From Candidatus Cloacimonadales bacterium (GTDB lineage Bacteria; Cloacimonadota; Cloacimonadia; Cloacimonadales; DAONDQ01), in contig OY759316.1 in assembly GCA_963662275.1 (NCBI GenBank), forward strand, positions 3,680,001-3,744,000: a stretch of 64,000 nucleotides of DNA. The letters run 5' to 3'. The notes beneath the pieces were generated by a model. It saw only the letters and a list, made by a program, of their open reading frames with translations. It did no database searches and had not been told where the DNA came from. How positions within the stretch are numbered: the first letter of the stretch is position 1; each line of letters begins with the position of its first letter. Positions 9,774 through 20,200 of the stretch are shown here, piece after piece. A program made the translations under genes and the position numbers.

Positions 9774-10110
9774 GGTGGATAGGTCATATTTTAAATGATG
9801 CAATACTGAAGAATGTTACAGACTATAATCGTGAGAGTAAAAGTTCATTGAAACAACTCTGGAAAAACAATCCTTGACTTGAAATGAAATGTTATTATTT
9901 TATATGTGATACTGGTTTTGTGCGCTTACTTTAGAATGCCGTTTCTTTGTGGTTACTGCTTCAGCTTGTGGGTAATGTTCTTTAGGTCATTGTATTACAG
10001 ATAGAAACAAGGTAAACCATGTTAACACGTTACCTGAAGGAAACAGCCACCATTAGAGAGATAAAATTCCTGAAGTAAGTTGTGTATGTCAATTTTATAA
10101 GGAGTTTATA
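9774..10110 (+). repeat. Conserved ~335-bp leader, copy 1 of 5 (putative promoter, structured UTR and RBS)
   Basis: Near-identical at 11790-12126, 13806-14143, 17858-18188 and 19863-20200. Contains TTGACT...TATTAT/TATTTT and AAGGAG before the ATG. Confidence 0.9.
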
Positions 10111-11721
10111 ATGAATAAATTATTTATCGTCCTCTTCGCTTTCCTACTTTTCTTTGGAATTCTCTCCGCCACTAACCACCTCGATATCATGACCACAATG
10201 CAGGGTGAACATCATAATTCCAGATTTGGGAAAACGATGGCTACCCTTGATTTTAATCATGATGGTCATGACGATCTTATTGTCTGTTCACCGGAATGGA
10301 AAGATGTCTATCCTGCTCCTTTTTCCTCAGCCAAGGGGAGAGTAGATATCTATTTTGGTGGAACTAATTTTGATAATGTTGCAGATATCTCTTTGCTTGG
10401 GCAATATGCTTATCAATATCATAATGTTGTCAATATCGGGGATGTAAATGGTGATGGCTATGATGATTTATGCATCGGTGGTGATGAACCGGAGTCAAAT
10501 CCAAGTATATACTATTTGAGAATATATACAGGTAGTAGTATAGCTCCTGCAGAACCGGATATCTTGATTCCGTATACTTTAGAAGCCGAATATGATCTTT
10601 ATCATGTTGTCAATTTAGGTGATATTAATGGGGATAATTATGGTGATATTGGGTTCAGCATTTGTACGCCAAATTTAGCAGAGATTTTTTATATTTTGTG
10701 GGGTAATAGTTTAGAAAGACAGTATATTACCACTTCCTCTGATTTTAGTGCATCTTATTCAAATGGTTTTAATGGGATAGGGGATATTAATCATGATGGT
10801 TATGACGATTTCGCTATCGGTTATACAAACGAAGATCCTAATATAGGTTATCACCTCATTACTTTATATTTTGGAAATGCAGAAAGTAATTTTAACAATT
10901 ATATGATTTTGACACAGACTCAAGCTGGTATTTCAAAAATAAGTACACCGTTGGGAGATATTAATGGTGATGGCTTAGATGATTTTATGGGTTATCAATC
11001 CATAGCCGGTTTGAATGTCTGGTTTGGAGCAACTGATACTGATTCCATACCAAATTTTGCATTGAATCCTCCCTGGCAGGGAGGGGAAGATGGCTTTTCA
11101 CTGAAATATGGTGATTTAAATAACGATGGCTTTGATGATATTGCAGGTGCTAATTTCTATTCAAATCAATTCCAAGTCTGGCTGGGGAGAGCACAGGTCA
11201 ATGGCATTTCTGATTTATTGATTACAGCCCCATATATTTCCGCTAACCCATTGGACTATTTTGGATATGGATTAACTATGGGGGATTACAATGCAGATGG
11301 ATGCTGTGATATTGCCATTTCTGCACCGGAAACGGATTACGAATTTGCCACCGATTATCGCGGGTATGTGTATGTGTATGCAGGGAATACAGAATTAGCT
11401 GATACTACAGTCGGAATTAATGATCCGCTAAGTCCAAAAGTTACAAATCAAATTACCATGAGTATCAGCCCTAATCCTGTGAGGATTAATGACCGATATA
11501 TTGCAATTAAACTGCAAGACAATTCAGCCGGTGAAAAAAATCCAATCGATATAAGCATTTTTAATATCAGGGGACAATGTGTGCAGCAAACACACTTAAA
11601 TAAAAACAAAACATCTGATACATTCATGCTGGATATCAGCAAAATGGCAAGTGGTGTCTATCTCTGCCAGGTAATATCAGGTAATCGGGTTAAAACAAAA
11701 AAAATATCGTTGGTAAAGTAG
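10111..11721 (+). CDS. FG-GAP/integrin-alpha beta-propeller protein with CTD (paralog A1)
   Basis: Signal peptide; repeated GDxNxDGxDD motifs; G.V.VY.G; C-terminal SPNP...FNIRGQ...SGVYLC. Confidence 0.9.
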   Translation: MNKLFIVLFAFLLFFGILSATNHLDIMTTMQGEHHNSRFGKTMATLDFNHDGHDDLIVCSPEWKDVYPAPFSSAKGRVDIYFGGTNFDNVADISLLGQYAYQYHNVVNIGDVNGDGYDDLCIGGDEPESNPSIYYLRIYTGSSIAPAEPDILIPYTLEAEYDLYHVVNLGDINGDNYGDIGFSICTPNLAEIFYILWGNSLERQYITTSSDFSASYSNGFNGIGDINHDGYDDFAIGYTNEDPNIGYHLITLYFGNAESNFNNYMILTQTQAGISKISTPLGDINGDGLDDFMGYQSIAGLNVWFGATDTDSIPNFALNPPWQGGEDGFSLKYGDLNNDGFDDIAGANFYSNQFQVWLGRAQVNGISDLLITAPYISANPLDYFGYGLTMGDYNADGCCDIAISAPETDYEFATDYRGYVYVYAGNTELADTTVGINDPLSPKVTNQITMSISPNPVRINDRYIAIKLQDNSAGEKNPIDISIFNIRGQCVQQTHLNKNKTSDTFMLDISKMASGVYLCQVISGNRVKTKKISLVK

Positions 11722-11744
11722 GGATAAACCCATGTGTTTATCCT
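11718..11744 (+). repeat. GTAG-REP hairpin overlapping the stop codon (also 13734-13760 and 19793-19819)
   Basis: GTAG-GGATAAAC-CCATGT-GTTTATCC; the TAG of GTAG is the stop codon. Confidence 0.65.
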
Positions 11745-11789
11745 CTGGAAAGTATGCTTTTTTTTGAAATGCAACGCTGATTTTTAATC

Positions 11790-12126
11790 GGTGGATAGGT
11801 CATATTTTAAATGATGCAATACTGAAGAATGTTACAGACTATAAACGTGAGAGTAAAAGTTCATTGAAACAACTCTGGAAAAACAATCCTTGACTTGAAA
11901 TGAAATGTTATTATTTTATATGTGATACTGGTTTTGTGCACTTACTTTAGAATGCAGTTTCTTTGTGGTTACTGCTTCAGCTTGTGGGTAATGTTCTTTA
12001 GGTCATTGTATTACAGATAGAAACAAGGTAAACCATGTTAACACGCTACCTGAAGGAAACAGCCACCATTAGAGAGATAAAATTCCTGAAGTAAGTTGTG
12101 TATGTCAATTTTATAAGGAGTTTATA
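11790..12126 (+). repeat. Conserved leader, copy 2
   Basis: Near-identical to 9774-10110. Confidence 0.9.
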
Positions 12127-13737
12127 ATGAATAAATTATTTATCATGCTCTTCGCTTTCCTACTTTTCTTTGGAATTCTCTCCGCCACTAACCACCTCGA
12201 TATCATGACCACAATGCAGGGTGAACATCATAATTCCAGATTTGGGAAAACGATGGCTACCCTTGATTTTAATCATGATGGTCATGACGATCTTATTGTC
12301 TGTTCACCGGAATGGAAAGATGTCTATCCTGCTCCTTTTTCCTCAGCCAAGGGGAGAGTAGATATCTATTTTGGTGGAACTAATTTTGATAATGTTGCAG
12401 ATATCTCTTTGCTTGGGCAATATGCTTATCAATATCATAATGTTGTCAATATCGGGGATGTAAATGGTGATGGCTATGATGATTTATACATCGGTGGAGA
12501 TGAACCTGATTTACAGCCGACAGAATACTTTTTACGAATTTACACGGGTGGTGATTCTGCTCCCACAGAACCGGATATCTTGATTCCGTATACTTTAGAA
12601 GCTGAGCATCATCTTTATCATGTTGTCAATTTAGGTGACTTTAATGGAGACCACTTTGATGATTTTGGGATTAGCATTTCATCTCAAGCAATTGATTTAA
12701 CATTTTTCATCATCTGGGGTGGTAGCTACATAGCTCAATATATAACTACTTCGATAGACCAGGGTGCTTCTTACCCAACTGGTTTTACTGGGATTGGAGA
12801 TATCAATGGCGATGGTTATGCTGATTTTTCCATTGGATATACGAATCCAGATCCCTATATCGGCTATCACCTCATTACTTTATATTTTGGAAATGCAGAA
12901 AGTAATTTTAACAATTATATGATTTTGACACAGACTCAAGCTGGTATTTCAAAAATAAGCACTCCCTTAGGAGATATTAATGGCGATGGTATCGATGATT
13001 TTATGGGTTATCAGTCTAATGCCGGATTAAATATATGGCTGGGAGCTACGGAAACAGACACCATACCTAACCTCGCTCTCAATCCACCTTGGCAGGGAGA
13101 TTATTTAGGGCAATCTCTGAAATATGGCGATCTCAATAATGATGGTTTCGATGATATTGTTGGAACCAACTATTATACCAATCAATTCCAAGTCTGGCTG
13201 GGGAGAGCACAGGTCAATGGCATTTCTGATCTTCTGATTACAGCTCCATATATTTCTGCTAACCCGCTAGACTACTTTGGTGAAAGTCTGACAATGGGTG
13301 ATTACAATGCAGATGGATACTGTGATATTGCAGTATCCGCCCCGGAAACGGATTACGAATTTGCCACCGATTATCGCGGGTATGTTTATGTGTATGCCGG
13401 TAATACAGAATTAGCGGATACTACAGTTGGTATTGATGATCCACTAAGTCCAAATGTTACAAATCAAATTACTATGAGTATCAGCCCTAATCCTGTGAGG
13501 ATTAATGACCGATATATTGCAATTAAACTGCAAGACAATTCAGCCATTGAAAAAAATCCAATCGATATCAGCATTTTTAATATCAGAGGACAACGTGTGC
13601 AGCAAACACACTTAAATAAAAACAAAACATCTGATACCTTCATGCTGGACATCAGCAAAATGGCAAGTGGTGTCTATCTCTGCCAGGTAAAATCAGGTAA
13701 TCGGGTTAAAACAAAAAAAATATCGTTGGTAAAGTAG
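12127..13737 (+). CDS. FG-GAP propeller + CTD (paralog A2)
   Basis: Same architecture; first ~120 aa and the CTD are almost identical to A1. Confidence 0.9.
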   Translation: MNKLFIMLFAFLLFFGILSATNHLDIMTTMQGEHHNSRFGKTMATLDFNHDGHDDLIVCSPEWKDVYPAPFSSAKGRVDIYFGGTNFDNVADISLLGQYAYQYHNVVNIGDVNGDGYDDLYIGGDEPDLQPTEYFLRIYTGGDSAPTEPDILIPYTLEAEHHLYHVVNLGDFNGDHFDDFGISISSQAIDLTFFIIWGGSYIAQYITTSIDQGASYPTGFTGIGDINGDGYADFSIGYTNPDPYIGYHLITLYFGNAESNFNNYMILTQTQAGISKISTPLGDINGDGIDDFMGYQSNAGLNIWLGATETDTIPNLALNPPWQGDYLGQSLKYGDLNNDGFDDIVGTNYYTNQFQVWLGRAQVNGISDLLITAPYISANPLDYFGESLTMGDYNADGYCDIAVSAPETDYEFATDYRGYVYVYAGNTELADTTVGIDDPLSPNVTNQITMSISPNPVRINDRYIAIKLQDNSAIEKNPIDISIFNIRGQRVQQTHLNKNKTSDTFMLDISKMASGVYLCQVKSGNRVKTKKISLVK

Positions 13738-13805
13738 GGATAAACCCATGTGTTTATCCTCTGGAAAGTATGCTTTTTTTTGAAATGCAACGCTGATTTT
13801 TAATC

Positions 13806-14143
13806 GGTGGATAGGTCATATTTTAAATGATGCAATACTGAAGAATGTTACAGAATATAAACGTGAGAGTAAAAGTTCATTGAAACAACTCTGGAAAAAC
13901 AATCCTTGACTTGAAATGAAATGTTATTATTTTATATGTGATACTGGTTTTGTGCGCTTACTTTAGAATGCAGTTTCTTTGTGGTTACTGCTTCAGCTTG
14001 TGGGTAATGTTCTTTAGGTCATTGTATTACAGATAGAAACAAGGTAAACCATGTTAACATGTTACCTGAAAGAAACAGCCACCGTTAGTGAGATAAAACT
14101 TCCTGATGTTAGCTGTGTATGTCAATTTTATAAGGAGTTTATA
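13806..14143 (+). repeat. Conserved leader, copy 3
   Basis: Near-identical to 9774-10110. Confidence 0.9.
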
Positions 14144-15751
14144 ATGAATAAATTATTTATCATCATCTTCGCTTTCCTACTTTTCTGTGGAATTCTCGCT
14201 GCCACAAACCACCTCGATATCATGACCTCAATGCAGGGTACGCATAATACATCATATTTTGGAAGTACAATGGCAACCTTGGACTTTAATCATGATGGTT
14301 TTGATGATTTGATTGTCTGCTCGCCTGAATGGAAAAGCGTTTATCCGGCACCAATGGATTGGCCAAAAGGAAAAGTGGATATTTATTTTGGAGGTTCTGA
14401 CTTTGATAATATCCCTGATATCACGATGGAAGGACAGTATGATTATCAATTCAGGTCTGTTGTTAATGTCGGTGATGTGAATGGAGATGGATTTGATGAT
14501 CTATATATAGGTGGAGATGAACCGACCGCTAGTCCAAGTACATATTATCTAAGAATCTATACTGGCGGGAACACTGCTCCAACACAACCGGATATTATGA
14601 TCTTATATTCATTGGAATCAGAATGCCATCTTTATGATGTAGCTAAAATGGGTGATTTTAATGGAGACGGTTATGATGATATCGGCTTTAGTACAGATAC
14701 AATGTATTTAGCATTAAATTTTTATATCATTTGGGGAGGGAACTATACTACCCAATATGTAACAACTTCTGTAAATTATAGCGAATCTTATCCTATTGGC
14801 TTTAATGGAATTGGTGATATAAATAATGATGGCTATGATGACTTTTCTATTGGTTATACGAATGAAGATCCCAATTTAGGTTACCATCTCATCACTATTT
14901 ATTTTGGTAATACAACAGGTTCATTTGCAGATAATATGGTTTTAACCCAGACGCAAGCAGGAATATCAAAGATTAGTAATCCACTGGGGGATATTAATGG
15001 TGACGGTATTGATGATTTCATGGGATATCAGTCCATGACGGGGTTAAATGTCTGGCTGGGTTCGACTGAATCTGATACATTACCGAATTTTGCTTTAAAT
15101 CCACCCTGGCAGGGAGGGGAATTCGGACAATGTTTAAAATTTGGAGATTTGAATAACGATGGCTTTGACGATGTGGTTGGTGCAAATTTCTATATAGATC
15201 AATTCAGGATTTGGATGGGAAGAACACTGGTTAACGGCACATCCGATTTATTAATTGATGCCCCCAATAATTCTTTAGACTACTTTGGCTATGGTTTAAC
15301 CATGGGAGATTACAACGGGGATGACTGCTGTGATATTGCCGTATCTGCCCCATTTACTGATGATTCTATGGCACATGATTACCGGGGCTATGTTTATGTC
15401 TATGCCGGAAATACACAATTGGCAGACACAACAGTTGGTATTAATGACCCTCTCAGTCCGCCTCTTACCAATCAATTTAACATGAGCATCAGCATCAGCC
15501 CTAACCCCATTAAATCCAATGATCGTTTTATGACGATCAAGCTGAATGATTCAAGCCATAATAATATAAGCCCCATTGATATCAGTATCTATAATATCAG
15601 GGGACAATGTGTGCAAAAGATACACTCAGATAAAACTGCGATATCGGATACCTACAGTATGGATATTAGTAAAATGGCAAGTGGTGTCTATCTCTGCCAA
15701 GTAAAACAAGGAAACAGAGCAGAAGTTAAAAAAATCTCTTTTATTCGGTAG
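14144..15751 (+). CDS. FG-GAP propeller + CTD (paralog A3)
   Basis: Start set at MNKLF after AAGGAG, by homology with A1/A2. Confidence 0.9.
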   Translation: MNKLFIIIFAFLLFCGILAATNHLDIMTSMQGTHNTSYFGSTMATLDFNHDGFDDLIVCSPEWKSVYPAPMDWPKGKVDIYFGGSDFDNIPDITMEGQYDYQFRSVVNVGDVNGDGFDDLYIGGDEPTASPSTYYLRIYTGGNTAPTQPDIMILYSLESECHLYDVAKMGDFNGDGYDDIGFSTDTMYLALNFYIIWGGNYTTQYVTTSVNYSESYPIGFNGIGDINNDGYDDFSIGYTNEDPNLGYHLITIYFGNTTGSFADNMVLTQTQAGISKISNPLGDINGDGIDDFMGYQSMTGLNVWLGSTESDTLPNFALNPPWQGGEFGQCLKFGDLNNDGFDDVVGANFYIDQFRIWMGRTLVNGTSDLLIDAPNNSLDYFGYGLTMGDYNGDDCCDIAVSAPFTDDSMAHDYRGYVYVYAGNTQLADTTVGINDPLSPPLTNQFNMSISISPNPIKSNDRFMTIKLNDSSHNNISPIDISIYNIRGQCVQKIHSDKTAISDTYSMDISKMASGVYLCQVKQGNRAEVKKISFIR

Positions 15752-15815
15752 CAACAACTTCAACGGGTATTCCGTAGCAACAACTTCAGTCGTTGGATCA
15801 ACTGCTTTAGCCGTT
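15748..15815 (+). repeat. REP-like cluster (GTAGCAACAACTTCAGTCGTTG type)
   Basis: Two GTAGCAACAACTTCA starts (15748, 15774), the first overlapping the stop. Related copies at ~38334 and inverted at ~38470-38493. Confidence 0.6.
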
Positions 15816-16074
15816 ATAATGTTTTAACATTATCTGACATCCGGTGGTTTCCTCATCGAAATGCCGATGAAGAGAATACGTCCTCTAAAAGAGCACGTAG
15901 CACCATCAGATAGATGGCGCCCCAGTAACAGCTATGAAATTAACAAAAACGTGATAGACAAAAGTGAAAATGGATATTATCCGGCAATATGCTAGATAAA
16001 ACTTGCTATGGAATGAAAATTACGTGCGAATATTATATTTTATATTATGTGGGTTGTATAAATAAGGAGTACCA

Positions 16075-17739
16075 ATGTATAAAGGTATTTTAGCTGTTTT
16101 AGCTGTTCTTCTTTTCACCAGCATTCTCCCTGCCTTGAACCACATGGATATTATGACCACCATGACAGGAGAATTTGATTTTGCAGAAATGGGTTGGATT
16201 ATGACCACTCTGGATTGGAATGGAGATAATTATGATGATCTTGTTATTATGGAAAGTGGTTGGCGACCACCTGAACATGTTGGAGACCCAACAGTAAAAT
16301 CATATGGAAAACTGAATTTCTATTTGGGAGGACCAGACTTTGATAATATACCTGAAATAACATTGCCCGGCAGTTATGAACGTGAGTATTGGGCAACCTA
16401 TTCCATGTGCAATGCGGGTGATATGAATGGTGACGGGATAGATGACCTGGCATTGTTTCGGGCGACGATGTATGAAGAGAATATAGATCAGTACTATGAC
16501 TTGCAGCTCTGCGTCTTTTACGGCGGTGCGAATCCCGATACTGTCCCCGATTATGTGCTTACTTTCCCGAGGGAGGAATGGGATAATACCTTTTGTTACG
16601 TTCGTGGTTTGGGGGATATCAATCACGATGGTTTTAATGATATTGGATATATATTGGATAAAGATTATTATCAGGCTCCAAACTCTTTTGGTATTATTTA
16701 TGGCGGAAACATGATGAATACTGTTTTCATGGAAGCCGGTTCTTCATGGGATTGGTCAAGTATATGCGGTGTAGGAGATGTGAATGCAGATGGTATTGAT
16801 GATTTCAGTCTTTGTTATACGTATTTTGTAAGTAATACTACTTATCGCAAAGATATCATTTATTTTGGTTCCATATCTGGAGTTTTTCAGGATAGTTTAG
16901 TTATCTGTGATGGTTCGAACTTAAGAAATCCGTTCACATATCCCGCTGGTGATGTAAATGGCGATGGTTATTCTGATTTCGTGAGTGCCTTCTCCGGTTC
17001 AGATGCTAAACTAATATTTGGAGGTCCTGGTTTTAACGGAACCAATTGTGTAAACATTGCTCCTCCGTACAGCGGCGATCCGGCCGGTGAAGGTTTTTGT
17101 CACGGCGATGTGAATGGTAATGGCACAGATGATCTGATGGGCACCAATGTTACCCAGTTTAGCGGTTATGGAGATGCCTACCTGTGGATAGGAGGCATTC
17201 CCATGAACGGAGGTCCCGATCTGCATTTGACACCAACACTGAACGATAACAATAAGATGTATGGTTTCTGCCTGACTATGGGCGATTACAATGGTGACGG
17301 CTGCTGCGATGCTGCCATTTCTGCGCCCTTTGATTACTCCGGTTCTCCTTATCCGGGTAAAGTATTTGTTTATGCCGGAAACACGCAACTGGATGATCCA
17401 ACCCCAATCTCGGATAATACAAATATACCTGCTATCTCCAAATTGCAGTTGTACCCGAATCCGCTGCAGTCTTGGAATTCTGAACTTAATGTCAGATTCA
17501 CTGTTGACCCCGGACTCACCCCCGACCCCTCTCTTGCTCGCAAACGAGGGGAGATTACCGCAACTTTCGAAATCTATAACATCCGGGGACAGAAAGTTAA
17601 GTCGTTTACTATGAATGCAGAACAAGCTAAATCAGGTTCTGCGATTTACAATTTAAATGATCTTTCATCAGGGGTTTATGTGTGTGTTTTCACAAACGGT
17701 GAAGCACAGCAGAAACAGAAGATAACGGTGATTCGGTAG
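16075..17739 (+). CDS. Divergent FG-GAP propeller + CTD (type B)
   Basis: Signal peptide, NHMDIMTTM, GDxNGDG repeats, LYPNP...YNIRGQ...SGVYVC. Confidence 0.88.
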   Translation: MYKGILAVLAVLLFTSILPALNHMDIMTTMTGEFDFAEMGWIMTTLDWNGDNYDDLVIMESGWRPPEHVGDPTVKSYGKLNFYLGGPDFDNIPEITLPGSYEREYWATYSMCNAGDMNGDGIDDLALFRATMYEENIDQYYDLQLCVFYGGANPDTVPDYVLTFPREEWDNTFCYVRGLGDINHDGFNDIGYILDKDYYQAPNSFGIIYGGNMMNTVFMEAGSSWDWSSICGVGDVNADGIDDFSLCYTYFVSNTTYRKDIIYFGSISGVFQDSLVICDGSNLRNPFTYPAGDVNGDGYSDFVSAFSGSDAKLIFGGPGFNGTNCVNIAPPYSGDPAGEGFCHGDVNGNGTDDLMGTNVTQFSGYGDAYLWIGGIPMNGGPDLHLTPTLNDNNKMYGFCLTMGDYNGDGCCDAAISAPFDYSGSPYPGKVFVYAGNTQLDDPTPISDNTNIPAISKLQLYPNPLQSWNSELNVRFTVDPGLTPDPSLARKRGEITATFEIYNIRGQKVKSFTMNAEQAKSGSAIYNLNDLSSGVYVCVFTNGEAQQKQKITVIR

Positions 17740-17857
17740 CAGCCAAATTGCATAGCCGTTTGAAAACAGCATTCCGAAAAGCAAGGTGAACCATGCTGCC
17801 ACGATTCCTGAAGTAATCACCACAGGTGCAACGGCACAGCAACGCCTCATCTTGTGA

Positions 17858-18188
17858 GGTGGATAGTTCATATTTTAAATGATGCAATACTGAAGAATGT
17901 TACAGACTATTAACGTGAGAGTAAAAGTTCATTGAAATAACTCTGGAAAAACAATCCTTGACTTGAAATGAAATGTTATTATTTTATATGTGATACTGGT
18001 TTTGTGCGCTTACTTTAGAATGCAGTTTCTTTGTGGTTACTGCTTCAGCTTGTGGGTAATGTTCTTTAGGTCATTGTATTACAGATAGAAACAAGGTAAA
18101 CCATGTTAACATGTTACCTGAAGGAAACAGCCACCGTTAGGGAGATAAAACTTCCTGAAGTAAGTTGTGTTTTTATAAGGAGTTTATA
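17858..18188 (+). repeat. Conserved leader, copy 4
   Basis: Near-identical to 9774-10110, with a short deletion near the 3' end. Confidence 0.9.
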
Positions 18189-19796
18189 ATGAATAAATTA
18201 TTTATCATGCTCTTAGCTTTCCTACTTTTCTTTGGAATTCTCTCCGCCACAAACCATCTTGATATTATGACATCAATGCAGGGTACGCATAATAATTCAT
18301 ATTTTGGCGCAACGATGGCAACTTTGGATTTTAATCATGATGGATTTGATGACTTAATTGTCTGCTCACCGGAATGGAAAAGTGTTTATCCTGATCCTGT
18401 GAACTGGCCCAAAGGAAGAGTAGATATCTATTTTGGCGGTACTGACTTTGATAATATTCCGGACATTACAATGTTAGGACAGTACGATTTTCAGTATAAG
18501 TCTGTCGTCAATGTGGGAGATGGGAATGGTGATGGATTTGATGATTTATACATCGGTGGTGATGAACCAGAATCAAATCCAAGTACATACTATCTAAGAA
18601 TTTATACGGGTGGTAATGCTGTTCCGCCTGAACCGGATATTATGATTTCATATCCATTGGCATCAGGTAATAATTTAACGTGGGTAACCAAATTAGGGGA
18701 TTTTAATGGCGATCATATTGATGAGATAGGATTTTGTACTGATATTTTTTCTACATGTGAAGCATATTATATTATATGGGGACAAAGTTTTGAAACTGAG
18801 TTGATCACTATTTCCAGTGCTCATGCTTCGTCATATACTTATAATATTAGCGGTGTTGGAGATATCAATGGTGATGGATATGATGATTTTTCAATAGGCT
18901 ATACAAATGCTGATCCTAATACCGGCTATCATTTGATAATTATTTACTTTGGAAATGAGGAAAGTGAATTAACTAATACCGTTAATTTAGCCCATACCCA
19001 GGCACCAATAACAAAGACCAGTACTCCAATTGGGGATATCAACGGAGATGGGTTAGATGATTTTATGGGGTATGAGTCAAATGATGGGTTATGTATCTGG
19101 TTAGGTTCACAGCAAACAAATCTTATTCCTGATCTTTTTTTTAATCCCCCTTGGCAAGGTAGTGAATTCGGATTTTCTCTGAAATATGGTGATTTGAATA
19201 ATGATGGTTTTGATGATGTTGTTGGTACAAATTTTTATGAGAATGCATTCAGAATCTGGTTAGGAAGAACTCATCCTAATGGTGATTCGGATTTATCAGT
19301 AACAGCACCTTATATTCCTGCAAATCTGTTGGATTATTTTGGGTATGGTTTAACGATGGGTGATTATAATGGGGATGACTGCTGTGATATTGCCGTATCA
19401 GCACCTTTTACGGATAATACGCTTTTACCTGATTATCGGGGGTATGTTTACGTTTATGCTGGAAATACTGAATTGGCAGACACTACAGTAGGAATTAATG
19501 ATCCTTTAACACCGCCTATATCTAGCCAGTTTAATATCAGCATCAGTCCTAATCCGGTGAATTCAAACGATCGCAATATTAACATCAAACTGACTAATCA
19601 AGGTACTGATAAAAGCCCAATTGACATCAGAATTTATAACATTAGGGGACAATGTGTGCAGCAAGCACACTTCGATAAAAATAACATAACAGATACATAC
19701 TCTCTTGATATTCATAAAATAGCAAGTGGCATCTATCTATGTCAATTAACAAAAGGTAATAGGGTAAAAACAAAAAAAATCTCATTAGTTAAGTAG
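18189..19796 (+). CDS. FG-GAP propeller + CTD (paralog A4)
   Basis: MNKLF start after AAGGAG; same motifs as A1. Confidence 0.9.
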   Translation: MNKLFIMLLAFLLFFGILSATNHLDIMTSMQGTHNNSYFGATMATLDFNHDGFDDLIVCSPEWKSVYPDPVNWPKGRVDIYFGGTDFDNIPDITMLGQYDFQYKSVVNVGDGNGDGFDDLYIGGDEPESNPSTYYLRIYTGGNAVPPEPDIMISYPLASGNNLTWVTKLGDFNGDHIDEIGFCTDIFSTCEAYYIIWGQSFETELITISSAHASSYTYNISGVGDINGDGYDDFSIGYTNADPNTGYHLIIIYFGNEESELTNTVNLAHTQAPITKTSTPIGDINGDGLDDFMGYESNDGLCIWLGSQQTNLIPDLFFNPPWQGSEFGFSLKYGDLNNDGFDDVVGTNFYENAFRIWLGRTHPNGDSDLSVTAPYIPANLLDYFGYGLTMGDYNGDDCCDIAVSAPFTDNTLLPDYRGYVYVYAGNTELADTTVGINDPLTPPISSQFNISISPNPVNSNDRNINIKLTNQGTDKSPIDIRIYNIRGQCVQQAHFDKNNITDTYSLDIHKIASGIYLCQLTKGNRVKTKKISLVK

Positions 19797-19862
19797 GGAT
19801 AAACCCATGTGTTTATCCTCTGGAAAGTATTCTTTTTTCAAACGCGACGCTGATTTTTAATC

Positions 19863-20200
19863 GGTGGATAGGTCATATTTTAAATGATGCAATACTGAAG
19901 AATGTTACAGACTATAATCGTGAGAGTAAAAGTTCATTGAAACAACTCTGGAAAAACAATCCTTGACTTGAAATGAAATGTTATTATTTTATATGTGATA
20001 CTGGTTTTGTGCGCTTACTTTAGAATGCAGTTTCTTTGTAGTTACTGCTTCAGCTTATGGGTAATGTTCTTTAGGTCATTGTATTACAGATAGAAACAAG
20101 GTAAACCATGTTAACATGTTACGTGAAGGAAACAGCCACCATTTGGGAGATAAAACTTCCTGAAGTAAGTTGTGTATGTCAATTTTATAAGGAGTTTATA
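19863..20200 (+). repeat. Conserved leader, copy 5
   Basis: Near-identical to 9774-10110. Confidence 0.9.

Noticed and set aside
9533..9787. Similar small minus-strand ORFs at 9533-9787 and 17668-17871
   Set aside because: The similarity comes from the duplicated DNA; they are antisense to a CTD tail and have different ends.
9919..10086. 6S RNA or c-di-GMP riboswitch
   Set aside because: Five copies tied to paralogous genes do not fit 6S. GGTAAACC is present but the rest of the c-di-GMP-I consensus was not seen.
14051..14143. N-terminal extensions of A3, A4 and A5 called by the ORF track (also 18165 and 20108)
   Set aside because: These lie in the shared leader and are out of frame in A1/A2; the RBS and signal peptide point to MNKLF.
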